A stretch of 63,642 nt of DNA, the filler included, from Chthonomonadaceae bacterium (lineage in GTDB: Bacteria > Armatimonadota > Chthonomonadetes > Chthonomonadales > Chthonomonadaceae), in the NCBI GenBank assembly GCA_035650735.1. It is 5 parts of 5 records of this genome, joined end to end, with 100 filler letters (N's around TTAATTAATTAA, not from the genome) between each part and the next. Parts side by side here need not be neighbours in the genome. Positions count along the whole stretch, not along the records: positions 1 to 15,103 come from DASRGZ010000060.1; 4 more parts are not named here. One strand, written 5' to 3'. This document shows positions 1 to 10,589 of this stretch, piece after piece; within the stretch, counting starts at the first letter, position 1; each line of letters opens with the position of its first letter. The position numbers and the translations under genes were made by a program. The notes under the pieces are model-generated. The model was not told the DNA's origin. It ran no database searches and was given only the letters and a program-made list of their open reading frames with translations.

Positions 1-599
1 GTGCCCACGAACGGGCGGCAGATGACGCGCCCGACTTCATGCGGCCCGGTGAGCAGACGGCGCGCAATCTCACAGATTTCGTACTGGCGCTCGATGGGGA
101 TGACATCCTCGTGCATGGCGATCTGGAAAACGCTGTCCGCCGAGGTGTAGACGATGGGGTAGGCGGTGCGCAGGTGTTCCGCGCCCAACTGCTGGATGAT
201 GACCGTGCCGGAAGCGGGCACATTGCCGAGGGTTTTGGTGCCGATGGCCGCCTCAAACGCGCCGATGACCTCCGGCGGAAAGCCATGCGGATAGGTCGGG
301 AAGGGGCGCGGTAGGATGACGCCCGCGATCTCCCAGTGCCCGGTGATGGTGTCCTTGCCGGGCGACGCCTCGCGCATCTTGCCGTAGCAGCCGAGGGGCG
401 CGGCGGCAGGCGGCACGCCTTCGATGGGCAGGATATTGCCCAATCCCAGGTGGCTCATCTGCGGCAGCTTCAGCCCACCGACGGCCTGCGCGGTGTGCGC
501 CAGCGTGTTGCTGCCGGCGTCGCCGTAGTTGGCGGCGTCCGGCAATTCGCCTGCGCCTACGCCATCCAGCACAACGATAAACACCCGCTTGATCTGCAT
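1..599 (-). CDS. deoB: Phosphopentomutase (3' end runs off the window)
   Basis: Manual translation from ATG at 599: [35 protein letters not shown]...[15 protein letters not shown]...[11 protein letters not shown]...GRVICRPF, typical DeoB motifs. Absent from the ORF track because there is no stop in the window. Confidence 0.93.
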   Translation of the reverse strand, partial: MQIKRVFIVVLDGVGAGELPDAANYGDAGSNTLAHTAQAVGGLKLPQMSHLGLGNILPIEGVPPAAAPLGCYGKMREASPGKDTITGHWEIAGVILPRPFPTYPHGFPPEVIGAFEAAIGTKTLGNVPASGTVIIQQLGAEHLRTAYPIVYTSADSVFQIAMHEDVIPIERQYEICEIARRLLTGPHEVGRVICRPFVG

Positions 600-600
600 C

Positions 601-1040
601 AGCCCTCACCCCCGGCCCCTACTGCCAGGGTCGGCGCTCAACGGACTGCCAGGGACGCCACTCAACGGTTCGCGGCTCTGCCTTGCGACACCCCTCCGCC
701 TGGCGATCCACGCTGCGGAAGAGGGGAGAGACCTCACCCCCGGCCCCCACCCCGGCCTGCGGCCACCCCTCCCCTGTTCTTGGGAGGGGGAATCTCTTCC
801 TCCCAGGTTCTTGGGTTCTGCCTTATCTCCCCTCATCCCCGGCCCTTCTCCCTCCAAGGGAGAAGGGGGAAGTAAAGCCGGGTCCCCCCCTTCCCTAGCG
901 AGGAACGAGCGGGTAGGATCGCTAGGCGAGGGGTGTCGCCAGGTATCGCTAGGCGGAGGCAAGGGCCGTAACCTTGCCGACCCTAGCAGTGGCCCCAACC
1001 ATGGCAGGCCCGACCCTGGCAATGGGGGACGGGGGGGGTT
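601..1040. repeat. Cluster of GC-rich palindromic REP-like modules
   Basis: Contains CCTCACCCCCGGCCCC, CCCTCCCCTG..GGGAGGGG, CTGCCAGGGTCGG and CCTTGCGACACCCCTCCGCC modules that recur in many intergenic regions of the window. Confidence 0.8.
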
Positions 1041-1043
1041 AGG

Positions 1044-1916
1044 TTACCCCTTCAGCGCTTCAGCGCCGCCGACGATCTCGGAGATTTCGCGCGTGATGCC
1101 GGCCTGACGCGCCCGGTTTAATTGCAGGGTCAGGGTGGTGATCATCTTACCGGCGTTGTCGGTAGCTGAGCTCATCGCCGTCATGCGCGAACCGTGCTCG
1201 CTAGCCAGCGACTCCAACAGCGCCTGATAGACCTGGCCTTCCAGGTAGCGGGGCAGCAGCGCCTGCAACAGTTGCTCGGCGGAAGGCTCAAAGATATAGT
1301 CCTGCTTCTCGGCCTGCGCCGGCTCGGCCTCCGCCTCCGGCGGCTGAATGGGCAGAAGCTGCACATCCGTCGGTTTCTGGGTGATGGGCGTATAGAAGCG
1401 GGTATAGAGCATATAGAGCTGGTCTATCTGCTCGTTCTCGAATTCGGTGCGTACGGCGCGGGTAATATCGCGGGCCTCGGTAAAGCTGACGCCGACGTTG
1501 CTAACATGAAATTCGGCCACGACGTTAAAGCCCCGCCGTCGGAAGAACTGGATGCCCTTGCGCCCGACGATGTAGAGCCGCAGGCGCTCCTTGTCATAGT
1601 CGCGCAGCAATTCCATCGCCCGGCGCAGCATCGCCGAGTTATAGGAGCCGGCCAGCCCGCGATCCGAGGTGATGATCAGGAAGCCGATGTTGCGCGGGGT
1701 GCGCACCGCCAGCAACGGATGCTGGACGGCCTGGCCTGCGCCTCTGGCCAGATCGGTCATCATCTCCCGCATGATCTGCGCATAGGGACGCGCGGACTGC
1801 ACGCGGTCCTGGGCGCGCTTGAGGCGCGCGGCGGCGACCCTTTTCATGGCGTTGGTGATCTGTTGAATATTCTTGGCGACGCGGATACGCTGCCGCACCT
1901 GTCGAATGGTTGCCAT
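1044..1916 (-). CDS. atpG: F0F1 ATP synthase subunit gamma
   Basis: ITNAMKRVAAA, SDRGLAGSYN, ASEHGSRMTAMSSATDNA, NRARQAGITREISEIVGGAEAL motifs. Confidence 0.98.
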   Translation of the reverse strand: MATIRQVRQRIRVAKNIQQITNAMKRVAAARLKRAQDRVQSARPYAQIMREMMTDLARGAGQAVQHPLLAVRTPRNIGFLIITSDRGLAGSYNSAMLRRAMELLRDYDKERLRLYIVGRKGIQFFRRRGFNVVAEFHVSNVGVSFTEARDITRAVRTEFENEQIDQLYMLYTRFYTPITQKPTDVQLLPIQPPEAEAEPAQAEKQDYIFEPSAEQLLQALLPRYLEGQVYQALLESLASEHGSRMTAMSSATDNAGKMITTLTLQLNRARQAGITREISEIVGGAEALKG

Positions 1917-1932
1917 CTAAATCTGAACCTCT

Positions 1933-2463
1933 CTATCGGAAGGCCAACGGGCCTATATGCTCTCTCGTTACCTTTACCCTCCGGCCCGCCGACGCACTAA
2001 CAGTCCCTAACAAAACTTGGCCGTGAGGCTCTCCCCTCACCCCGGCCCTCTCCCTTCCAGGGAGAGGGAGAACGGTTGTGTGAAACGCACTAACTTTTGG
2101 AATGGAAAGGGTGCGGTGTCCCCACACGCACGCAAAGGCGATCAGTCCGCACAGCAGCAGCGTCCCGCCACAGCCTTTCTTCTGCTTGCGCGATAGCAGC
2201 GCCTGCCGCTGCGCCTCCAGCATACTGGATTGCTGCTGGACTTCGGCGCGCAGGGCCGCGAGCCGCTGCTCCCGCACCTGCTTGCCGCGCTCCGGATCGT
2301 TGCCGCAGGAGGGGCAGACCGCAGGCGGCAGCTCGCCCGGCTCAGGAACGCGCCCACAGTAGGGACACTCGCCGGGAGCGGGCGGGCGCGGCAGCGCCGT
2401 ATGGCACCGCGCGCAGTAGAGCGCGCCTGGCTCGTTCTCCAGTTGGCAATTCGGGCACTGCAC
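1933..2463 (-). CDS. Double zinc-ribbon protein with coiled coil and C-terminal hydrophobic segment
   Basis: GTG at 2463 after an AGGAG RBS. CPNC..CARC and CPYC..CPSC pairs, then a coiled coil and KKGCGGTLLLCGLIAFACVW. The extreme C-terminus reads through a REP-like repeat. Confidence 0.7.
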   Translation of the reverse strand: MQCPNCQLENEPGALYCARCHTALPRPPAPGECPYCGRVPEPGELPPAVCPSCGNDPERGKQVREQRLAALRAEVQQQSSMLEAQRQALLSRKQKKGCGGTLLLCGLIAFACVWGHRTLSIPKVSAFHTTVLPLPGRERAGVRGEPHGQVLLGTVSASAGRRVKVTREHIGPLAFR

Positions 2464-2476
2464 GGGCTCTCCGCTC

Positions 2477-4789
2477 CTACTTCTTCTTGCGTACCGCCGA
2501 AAGCAGCGCCTCCACCAGCGCATCGTCGGCAGCTTTCGCATCGTTGGGATAGCGGGAGGCGATCTCTTTTGCGAACGCCTTGAACTCGTCCACCGAGCAG
2601 CCGCGCCGTCCGTTCATCTCCGACAGATACGACGCCCCGACCACGGCGGAGCAGTCTGCCCCAAACTCCGGCCCGGAGATGCTGGGCACGCCGTTGCGGA
2701 CGCATTCCGCCATGTTCAGAATCTCGCCGTAGAAAGAGGAGAGCCAGGGCTGCCAGGTCGGGCCGCTGGTCTCGATGCGCCGCGCCTCGTTGCCGTACGC
2801 ATCCGTAACCACCGCATACCGCCGACTGCCCTCGGAGACGGCAAACGTTTTGCTCGTCACGTTGCCCTGAGCATCCGTGGTGATCGCGGTGCAGTTCTGG
2901 CTGCCCTCAGAGACGAATTTGATGGCGCCCGTCGTGCCCATGAGGACGGTATCGGGCGAGTCGCGATGGCTCCAGGAGCCTTCGACGTGCGCCGTAGACC
3001 ACGCGCCGTTGTTGGGGTCCTCGAACCGAATCAGGATGTGCGCGTCGTCATCCACAGTGACCTGCTGGAAGCGCCCGTCAATGATGCGGGTGGGCATACG
3101 GATGCTCATGCCGAAGGGCTGCGCCGCCTTGACCAGCGTGGGCCGCTTCTCCAGGCCGCTCAGATACCAGGCCGCGCCGATGGCATGGATGCCGTTATCC
3201 AGCAGCGCACCGCCGCCGCCAAAGTCCGGGTTCCAGAATTTGGGACTGCCCTCCGGACCGCCGTGCGCAGTCGCCAGGAACATCAGGATCGGCTCGCCGA
3301 TGGCGCCGGCTTCTATCAGCTTCTTGGCGGTATAGTAATCCTTATCCCATAGCCAGTTCTCGTTGTGCTGGTAGAACTTGCCCGTGCGCCGAACCGTCTC
3401 AATGACGCGCTGCGTCTCCAGCCAGCTCCGGGCCATGGGCTTCTCGCACATGACGTGGATACCCGCCTCTAGCGCCCGGATGGCCAGCGGCGCATGGAGG
3501 AACGGCTGCGTGCAGATGTCCACCAGGTCGGGCTTGACCGTCTCGATGACCTCGCTGATGTCGTCGCAGATCTGGACCGTCTCCAGGTCGCGTTGCAGGC
3601 GATCAATGGTGTCCGAGTCGCTGCGCTCCTGGGCCTGCTTGATCTTGGCCTCGATCAGGCTCTGATAGCGCTTGTAAGCCCGGTTTTGCGCCTCCTTGTC
3701 GGGGTCGCAGAGAGCGACCAACTGAACCTGCGGGATCTCCGGGTAGGCGGGCAGATGCGCGCCGCGAAAGATGTTGCCGGTACCGATGCCGGCCACGCGG
3801 ACTCGCTGCGTCGGTTCCATGCGCGGGGTACCTCCTTTGGCTGTGGGAAGGATAGAAAAAGTTTTCTGCGCCGCCCTCGCTTCCTGCCCGCCCGCCGGGG
3901 ACGCGCTGTGAAGGTCCTGACTACCACTGGCGGCTGTCGGCGTCGTAACTTCCGGCGTACTCGCCGCAGAGGCGCCCGTATTCTGCGGTGCGGCGGCTGC
4001 GCTTGCGTCGGTCGTCTCTTGCGGTGAGGCGGCCTGGGCGGGCGCGGCTTTGCTCTCGGTGGCAGGCGCTGACGCCGGTGTCGCCGGAGCTGCGGGCGGC
4101 TTGTTGTCCAGTTCCAGGAAGTTGGATTTAGACGGCTCCGATGCGGGAGCTTGCTGCGGGGCGATGCCGAGCTTGGCTTCCAGCGCCGTCAGCATCTCCT
4201 CCGCGCTCTGTTCGGGCGAGGGCGAAAGGGGACGCGGCGCATAGGCCGGGCCGGTAGAGGTTCCACTGGAGGAGACGCCTGCCACCTCGCCGCGCGCCGA
4301 CGCCTCCCGCTCTAGATTGCGCATTTTTTCACTGGCGCGCTCGAACATGGCGTCGGCTTCCGTGCCAAACCCGCCGGAGGCATTCGCGTCAATGCGCCCG
4401 CCGGCCAACTGGATAAACCGCGTGTTTAAGTCTCTCGCCTGCTGCGTCAGGCGGGCCTCTTCCTCCGGCAACTGCAGCTTGGCCGACTCCGCTTCGGCCT
4501 CGGCTTTGGCAAGCAGCGTCTGCAGCCGCTCCAGCTCCGCCTCGCGGCTCTTGCGCTCCTGGCGGATTTCGGCGGCCAGCGCCGTATTATTGATCTGCTC
4601 GGCCAGCGCCGCCTTCCGCTCCAGGTCGGCGACCTGACGCTCCAGCTTGGCGGCCTCGTCCTGCAGGTAGTTACGCCGCATCACCGCCTGCACGACGCTC
4701 TCGCGCAGGTTATACAGCGCCCGGCGTATCTCCTCCAGCGCCTCCCGTAGCTGAAATCTCGGGTCTTGAGTTGGGTCCGAGCCGCCCAT
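2477..4789 (-). CDS. PspA/IM30-like coiled-coil domain fused via an Ala/Pro/Thr linker to a Gfo/Idh/MocA oxidoreductase
   Basis: ATG at 4789 after AGGAG. N-terminal helical region (DPRFQLREALEEIRRAL...FERASEKMRNLEREASARGEV) resembles PspA. C-terminal half has GIGTGNI, HVMCEKPMA and GGGALLDNGIH. The ORF-track extension to 5065 reads through repeats. Confidence 0.8.
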   Translation of the reverse strand: MGGSDPTQDPRFQLREALEEIRRALYNLRESVVQAVMRRNYLQDEAAKLERQVADLERKAALAEQINNTALAAEIRQERKSREAELERLQTLLAKAEAEAESAKLQLPEEEARLTQQARDLNTRFIQLAGGRIDANASGGFGTEADAMFERASEKMRNLEREASARGEVAGVSSSGTSTGPAYAPRPLSPSPEQSAEEMLTALEAKLGIAPQQAPASEPSKSNFLELDNKPPAAPATPASAPATESKAAPAQAASPQETTDASAAAAPQNTGASAASTPEVTTPTAASGSQDLHSASPAGGQEARAAQKTFSILPTAKGGTPRMEPTQRVRVAGIGTGNIFRGAHLPAYPEIPQVQLVALCDPDKEAQNRAYKRYQSLIEAKIKQAQERSDSDTIDRLQRDLETVQICDDISEVIETVKPDLVDICTQPFLHAPLAIRALEAGIHVMCEKPMARSWLETQRVIETVRRTGKFYQHNENWLWDKDYYTAKKLIEAGAIGEPILMFLATAHGGPEGSPKFWNPDFGGGGALLDNGIHAIGAAWYLSGLEKRPTLVKAAQPFGMSIRMPTRIIDGRFQQVTVDDDAHILIRFEDPNNGAWSTAHVEGSWSHRDSPDTVLMGTTGAIKFVSEGSQNCTAITTDAQGNVTSKTFAVSEGSRRYAVVTDAYGNEARRIETSGPTWQPWLSSFYGEILNMAECVRNGVPSISGPEFGADCSAVVGASYLSEMNGRRGCSVDEFKAFAKEIASRYPNDAKAADDALVEALLSAVRKKK

Positions 4790-4825
4790 CGCGTTCTCCT
4801 CGTTGCCACGCCGAAAGTCAGGCCC

Positions 4826-5010
4826 TTCTTGACCTAACCCCCCGTCCCCCTTCCCTAATGCGTTCGCTACGCTCATAGGGAAGGGGGGACCCGACCTGGG
4901 CTGGTTATGGCCCTCATCCCCGGCCCTTCTCCCTGCTAGGGAGAAGGGGGAGGAGAAGCCAACTCTGACTCTCCCCTCTCCTTGAGAAGGAGAGGGGCCG
5001 GGGGTGAGGT
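4826..5010. repeat. REP-like palindromic repeat cluster
   Basis: CTTGACCTAACCCCCCGTCCCCCTTCCCT...AGGGAAGGGGG and CCCTCTCCTT..AAGGAGAGGGGCCGGGGGTGAGG, very similar to 13120-13435 and 59378-59640. Confidence 0.85.
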
Positions 5011-5096
5011 AAAGCAAAAAGGGAGCAGGGCGAGGCTGCAGGAACCGCGCCCGGGCTCTTGCCACTCCTCCTTCCCCACTCCCTACTTCCCCGCGT

Positions 5097-6788
<1,692 letters not shown>

Positions 6789-6839
6789 AGTGTTGCCTTC
6801 TCTCGTTCTAATAAAGATTTCGTAGGTGCGGTTGGGAGT

Positions 6840-7388
6840 CTACGCCTCTTGCAGCAGTTGCTCGCGCAGGCGCTCCAGTGTGCCGCGCACGCTGCCATCA
6901 ATAATGGTATCGTGCATACGAACCACGACGCCCCCCAGGATGTCCGGGTCTACATGCACGGTAAGTTCCACGTTTTCGCCCGTGCGCTGCTCCAGGCTGC
7001 GGATCAGCTCCTTCTGCTCCTCCGGCGTGGGCGCCAGGGCAAAGACCGCCTCAGCGCGCACCAGATGCCGAGCCTCATCCGCCAACTGATGTATTTCCAC
7101 GCGCACGGCGTCCAGGATGTCCTCGCGCCGCTTATCCACCAGCAGGCGCAGGAAGGAGAGCGTCAGCCCATCCACGGACTGGCCCAGGATGTCGCCGATG
7201 ATGTCCCGCTTACGTCCGGTGGGCACCTCCGGGCTTTCCCACATCTTGCGCAGCAGCGGGGTCTGATCCATCAGTGCCAGAACGGAGTCGAGGTCCTTAA
7301 CGACGGCATCGAGTTTGTCCTGCCGCTGGGCCGTATTGAACAGGGCGCCCGCATAGCGCCGGGCAGCGCGCGTATCATGTCCGGCCAC
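6840..7388 (-). CDS. atpH: ATP synthase subunit delta
   Basis: ARRYAGALF, VDPDILGGVVVR..IDGSVRG; position directly before atpA. Confidence 0.96.
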   Translation of the reverse strand: MAGHDTRAARRYAGALFNTAQRQDKLDAVVKDLDSVLALMDQTPLLRKMWESPEVPTGRKRDIIGDILGQSVDGLTLSFLRLLVDKRREDILDAVRVEIHQLADEARHLVRAEAVFALAPTPEEQKELIRSLEQRTGENVELTVHVDPDILGGVVVRMHDTIIDGSVRGTLERLREQLLQEA

Positions 7389-7390
7389 GA

Positions 7391-7954
7391 TCAGGCTCCC
7401 CCTATCGTCGTTCTGGTTATCGCGGCGGCAGGCTCGACGCCTTCTTTGCCCGCGCGGGCAATAAAATCGCGTATCAGTTGGTGCTGCACGCCTTCATGAG
7501 TGTAGGCGCGAACGGCCTGCTCGGCGGCATCCAGGGTCTGCTGAACGATCTGTTGGCGCAGGAGGATGCGCTGGCGGGTGTGCTCGCGCGCAATCTCCTC
7601 CTCACCGCGCTGGCGAATGACCGCCGCCATCTGGTGCGCCTCCGCAATAATCTCGGCGCGCGCCGCCTCCGCCTCCCGCACGGCGGCGTCTATGCGCTCG
7701 CGCGTCTCGGCCTCAATCCGATCAATGCGGGATTTGTAGTCATTGCGCAGATGCTGGATGTCGGCCAATTGGCGCTCGACCTGGTTGTGCGCTTCGGCGA
7801 TCCGGGCCTCACGGTCAAGCAGTAGGCCGCGAAACGCCGGCACGCCGAAGCGGAAAAACAGGAACAGAATCAGCGCCACTCCGATAAGCCCGGCCAGCAG
7901 GGCCTTCGGATGCTCAATATAAAACGGAAAGTAATGGACTTCGGCAAGAAGCAC
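7391..7954 (-). CDS. atpF: ATP synthase F0 subunit b
   Basis: N-terminal TM helix followed by a charged coiled coil; operon position. Confidence 0.88.
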   Translation of the reverse strand: MLLAEVHYFPFYIEHPKALLAGLIGVALILFLFFRFGVPAFRGLLLDREARIAEAHNQVERQLADIQHLRNDYKSRIDRIEAETRERIDAAVREAEAARAEIIAEAHQMAAVIRQRGEEEIAREHTRQRILLRQQIVQQTLDAAEQAVRAYTHEGVQHQLIRDFIARAGKEGVEPAAAITRTTIGGA

Positions 7955-8011
7955 GGTGGGGTCTCCAGCCTTAGGAACCGTCCGGCCTGCGCCCTGGGCG
8001 CAGAGGGCCGA

Positions 8012-8539
8012 TTATTGTCGGGAGTGATTGGCGCCGTTGCCGACGCTATGGGCCAGGCGCTCCTCGATGGAGTGGCGCAGCGTGATCGGGTCGGCGGCAG
8101 AACCGAGCGCCTTGCTGGCCGCCGTCAGCGCCAGGCCGACCATGCGTTCCCGCAGCGCCTGTAGCGCCTCCTCTTTCTCGCGCTCTATGGCGGCAATGCC
8201 CCGCTGCAGCGTCTCCTCCGTCTGCGCGCGCGCCTCCGCCAGGATGCGCTCGCGCTCGGCCTGCGCCTCGCGGATGGCGGCCTGGATGCGGGCGCGCGCC
8301 TCCGCCTCCACCTGAGAGATACGCGCCAGATAGTCGGCGCGCAGCGCCTCCATTTCGTGCTGCGTGTCGCTGACCGCCTTATAGGCGTTGGCAATGTCCT
8401 GGTCGCGCTGGCGCAGGCGGGCCAGGACCGGGTTCCAGAACAGGTGGCTCATCAGGATCCAGAGCACGACGAAGAGCACGACCTGCATCAGGAAGACGTT
8501 CACATTAAAGCCGAGGCTGTGAACGATGGGATCGAGCAT
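8012..8539 (-). CDS. atpF: ATP synthase F0 subunit b' (second b paralogue)
   Basis: TM helix (FLMQVVLFVVLWILM..FWNPV..L.QR) plus coiled coil; lies between atpE and atpF. Confidence 0.88.
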   Translation of the reverse strand: MLDPIVHSLGFNVNVFLMQVVLFVVLWILMSHLFWNPVLARLRQRDQDIANAYKAVSDTQHEMEALRADYLARISQVEAEARARIQAAIREAQAERERILAEARAQTEETLQRGIAAIEREKEEALQALRERMVGLALTAASKALGSAADPITLRHSIEERLAHSVGNGANHSRQ

Positions 8540-8559
8540 TTGGCAACCAATCCTTTGGA

Positions 8560-8634
8560 GAAGTCAATGGGTCAACGGCTCTCTGAGCCGGGGCGCAAGC
8601 CCCGCACTTATTTACGCATGGACCCATTGACTTC
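8560..8634 (-). promoter_or_regulatory. Structured intercistronic RNA element between atpE and atpF'
   Basis: Perfect 14-bp inverted repeat GAAGTCAATGGGTC / GACCCATTGACTTC enclosing two small hairpins. Confidence 0.55.
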
Positions 8635-8656
8635 CTTTGTGGTTTCAGCGCAAAAG

Positions 8657-8959
8657 TTAGCGCGTGGCAGGAGCCGTAGCCGCAGCCCCGGCGCCGGCCT
8701 GAATGGCGCTCAGCACATCCGACGTCTTCGGCAGGTTGCCCTGCATCAGGAAGAAGACGAGCAGCGTGAAGATGACCAGGGACTCGATAAAGGCCAGCGC
8801 CAGGATCATCGCCGTCTGCAGCCTACCGGTCTGTTCCGGCTGGCGGGCCATTCCTTCGAGCGCGGCCGCCGCCGCTTTGCCCTGCCCCAGCGCGGCGGAG
8901 AGCACCGCGACGGGAACACCAAAGCCGAGGGCGAGGGCCAGAGCCATAAAGTAAACCAT
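8657..8959 (-). CDS. atpE: ATP synthase F0 subunit c
   Basis: ATG at 8959: MVYFMALALALGFG...GQGKAAAAALEGMARQPE...LAFIESLVIF. Confidence 0.97.
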   Translation of the reverse strand: MVYFMALALALGFGVPVAVLSAALGQGKAAAAALEGMARQPEQTGRLQTAMILALAFIESLVIFTLLVFFLMQGNLPKTSDVLSAIQAGAGAAATAPATR

Positions 8960-9047
8960 TTGTTTTGCTTCCTTTCCGAAAGAGTTTGACTGAAGTTGGT
9001 GCTTCCTAATTTCGTGGGCGCCAGGCGCCCAGCGCGCCGGCGAGCGC

Positions 9048-9908
9048 CTAAGGGCTCGTCTCGTGCGCATGGGCCATCGCTTCGGTCGGCCCTTCTCCCT
9101 CCTCATGAGCATGTTCTTCCGGCCCATGATGGGACATCAGCGAAATATAGATGCAGGTCAGGATGGCAAAGACCATTGCCTGCACGAAATCGGTCAGCAT
9201 CGCCAGCAGAACCACCAGCAGATGCAGCGGCAGGAACATCACTCCGATGCTGGCCAGAACGATGAGGATCACGTCCTCACCGAAGATGTTGCCGAAAAGT
9301 CGGACGGCCAGCGTAAACGGCTTGATGCACTCCGAGATAATTTCCACCGGCGCGATCAGCGGCGACAGGGCGGGCATCGGCCCCATAAAGTGCTTGACGT
9401 AGCCTACCAGCCCGTTCTGCCGGATGCCCTGATACTGGACGTAGACGAAGACTACAACACCCAGGGCCAGCGTAATCGTCAGGTTGGTAGTCGGCGAGTG
9501 AAAGCCCGGAATAATGCCGATCAGGTTGCTCAGATAGATATAAAGGAAGACCGTGCCGACCAGCGGCGTATACTTCTCGCCGCCCGGCCCGATGATGCCG
9601 ACCGTGAACTTATTAAGGCTTTCGACGACCCACTCGGCAAAGTTCTGGAAGCCGCGCGGGATGCTTTCGGCCCGGCGTCGGGCCGCCAGCGCAAAGCCCA
9701 GCAGGATCAGCGCTACCAGCACCGAGTTGGCAAAGAGCAGCGTGGCGTTGGGCACCGCGCCCGGATTCTCGGCCTCCTCGTGCCCGCCGGCGGCTTCGGT
9801 CGTCGCATGCGTTGCCGTTCTGCCCTCGACGGGCGTGCCGCCGGTTTCGGCCTGCGCCAGCAGGATCCGTTGTCTTGCGTGCAGGTTGTCCGTATGCGAC
9901 TGCGGCAT
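9048..9908 (-). CDS. atpB: ATP synthase F0 subunit a
   Basis: PRGFQNFAE, SNLIGIIPG..SPT, KPFTLAVRLFGNIFGE, VQAMVFAILTCIY. Confidence 0.97.
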   Translation of the reverse strand: MPQSHTDNLHARQRILLAQAETGGTPVEGRTATHATTEAAGGHEEAENPGAVPNATLLFANSVLVALILLGFALAARRRAESIPRGFQNFAEWVVESLNKFTVGIIGPGGEKYTPLVGTVFLYIYLSNLIGIIPGFHSPTTNLTITLALGVVVFVYVQYQGIRQNGLVGYVKHFMGPMPALSPLIAPVEIISECIKPFTLAVRLFGNIFGEDVILIVLASIGVMFLPLHLLVVLLAMLTDFVQAMVFAILTCIYISLMSHHGPEEHAHEEGEGPTEAMAHAHETSP

Positions 9909-9911
9909 AGC

Positions 9912-10391
9912 TTAACCTCTTTCGTGAACGGGCTTGGCGCTCAGGCGCCGGGCTGGCCGCGCCGTCTGCTGCGGGCTGACCTCCGCCTCGGAAGGCGCCT
10001 GCTTGGGCTGCGCGGGAAACGCCTCCGCCAACGCGCTGCCGATGGCCTTCAGGGTGATGACGACCGGCAGCAGCGCGATCCCGAACCCGGCGCCCGCCGC
10101 CTTAATGGCGGGCACATTGGCTATCAGATAGAGGCCGATCATGTAGATCGGCAGCTTCATGAACAGGGTCAGGCCGAGCAGCGCCTGCGCCGCCCGCGAA
10201 GCGCCGGGCCGCAGCAGCATCGGCACGACCACAGTGAGACTGAACAGACTGAACAGAGACAACACCGCGCCGGTCAGAAATCCCCAGGCCCAATCGTTTT
10301 TGCCCGCGCCCAGGAGCGCCAGCGTTGTCAGTAGAGTAACCCAGGCGCTCGTCTTGAGCGCGCGAACTATCAGGTTTCCTTCTTCTCGCAT
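9912..10391 (-). CDS. atpI: ATP synthase protein I-like four-TM membrane protein
   Basis: Four hydrophobic helices; position directly upstream of atpB. Confidence 0.75.
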   Translation of the reverse strand: MREEGNLIVRALKTSAWVTLLTTLALLGAGKNDWAWGFLTGAVLSLFSLFSLTVVVPMLLRPGASRAAQALLGLTLFMKLPIYMIGLYLIANVPAIKAAGAGFGIALLPVVITLKAIGSALAEAFPAQPKQAPSEAEVSPQQTARPARRLSAKPVHERG

Positions 10392-10589
10392 GAGTCGTAC
10401 AGGCTCTTTCTATATTTTAGTATTGCGCCTCTAAGGGCGCCTGGAGGAAGGCCGTTTGTGCCTGATATTCTGACCTTTCCTCAATTCTACCTCAATGCCC
10501 CGTAAAGCCTATAAAAGACAGGGCACGGAGAGAGATTGTTCATAAAATCACAAGTTGCCGCAGCGTTTTTCTTCTGACGTCGGCAGCGG

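Noticed and set aside
529..1107. Pro/Gly/Arg-rich ORFs over repeat clusters (also 13231-13542, 43398-44579, 59265-59669, 61100-61441)
   Set aside because: Translations of palindromic repeats with no RBS or family motifs.
4790..5065. N-terminal extension of the 862-aa ORF (similarly 37399-37833 and 29971-30057)
   Set aside because: Reads through repeats or non-coding DNA; better-supported starts lie downstream.
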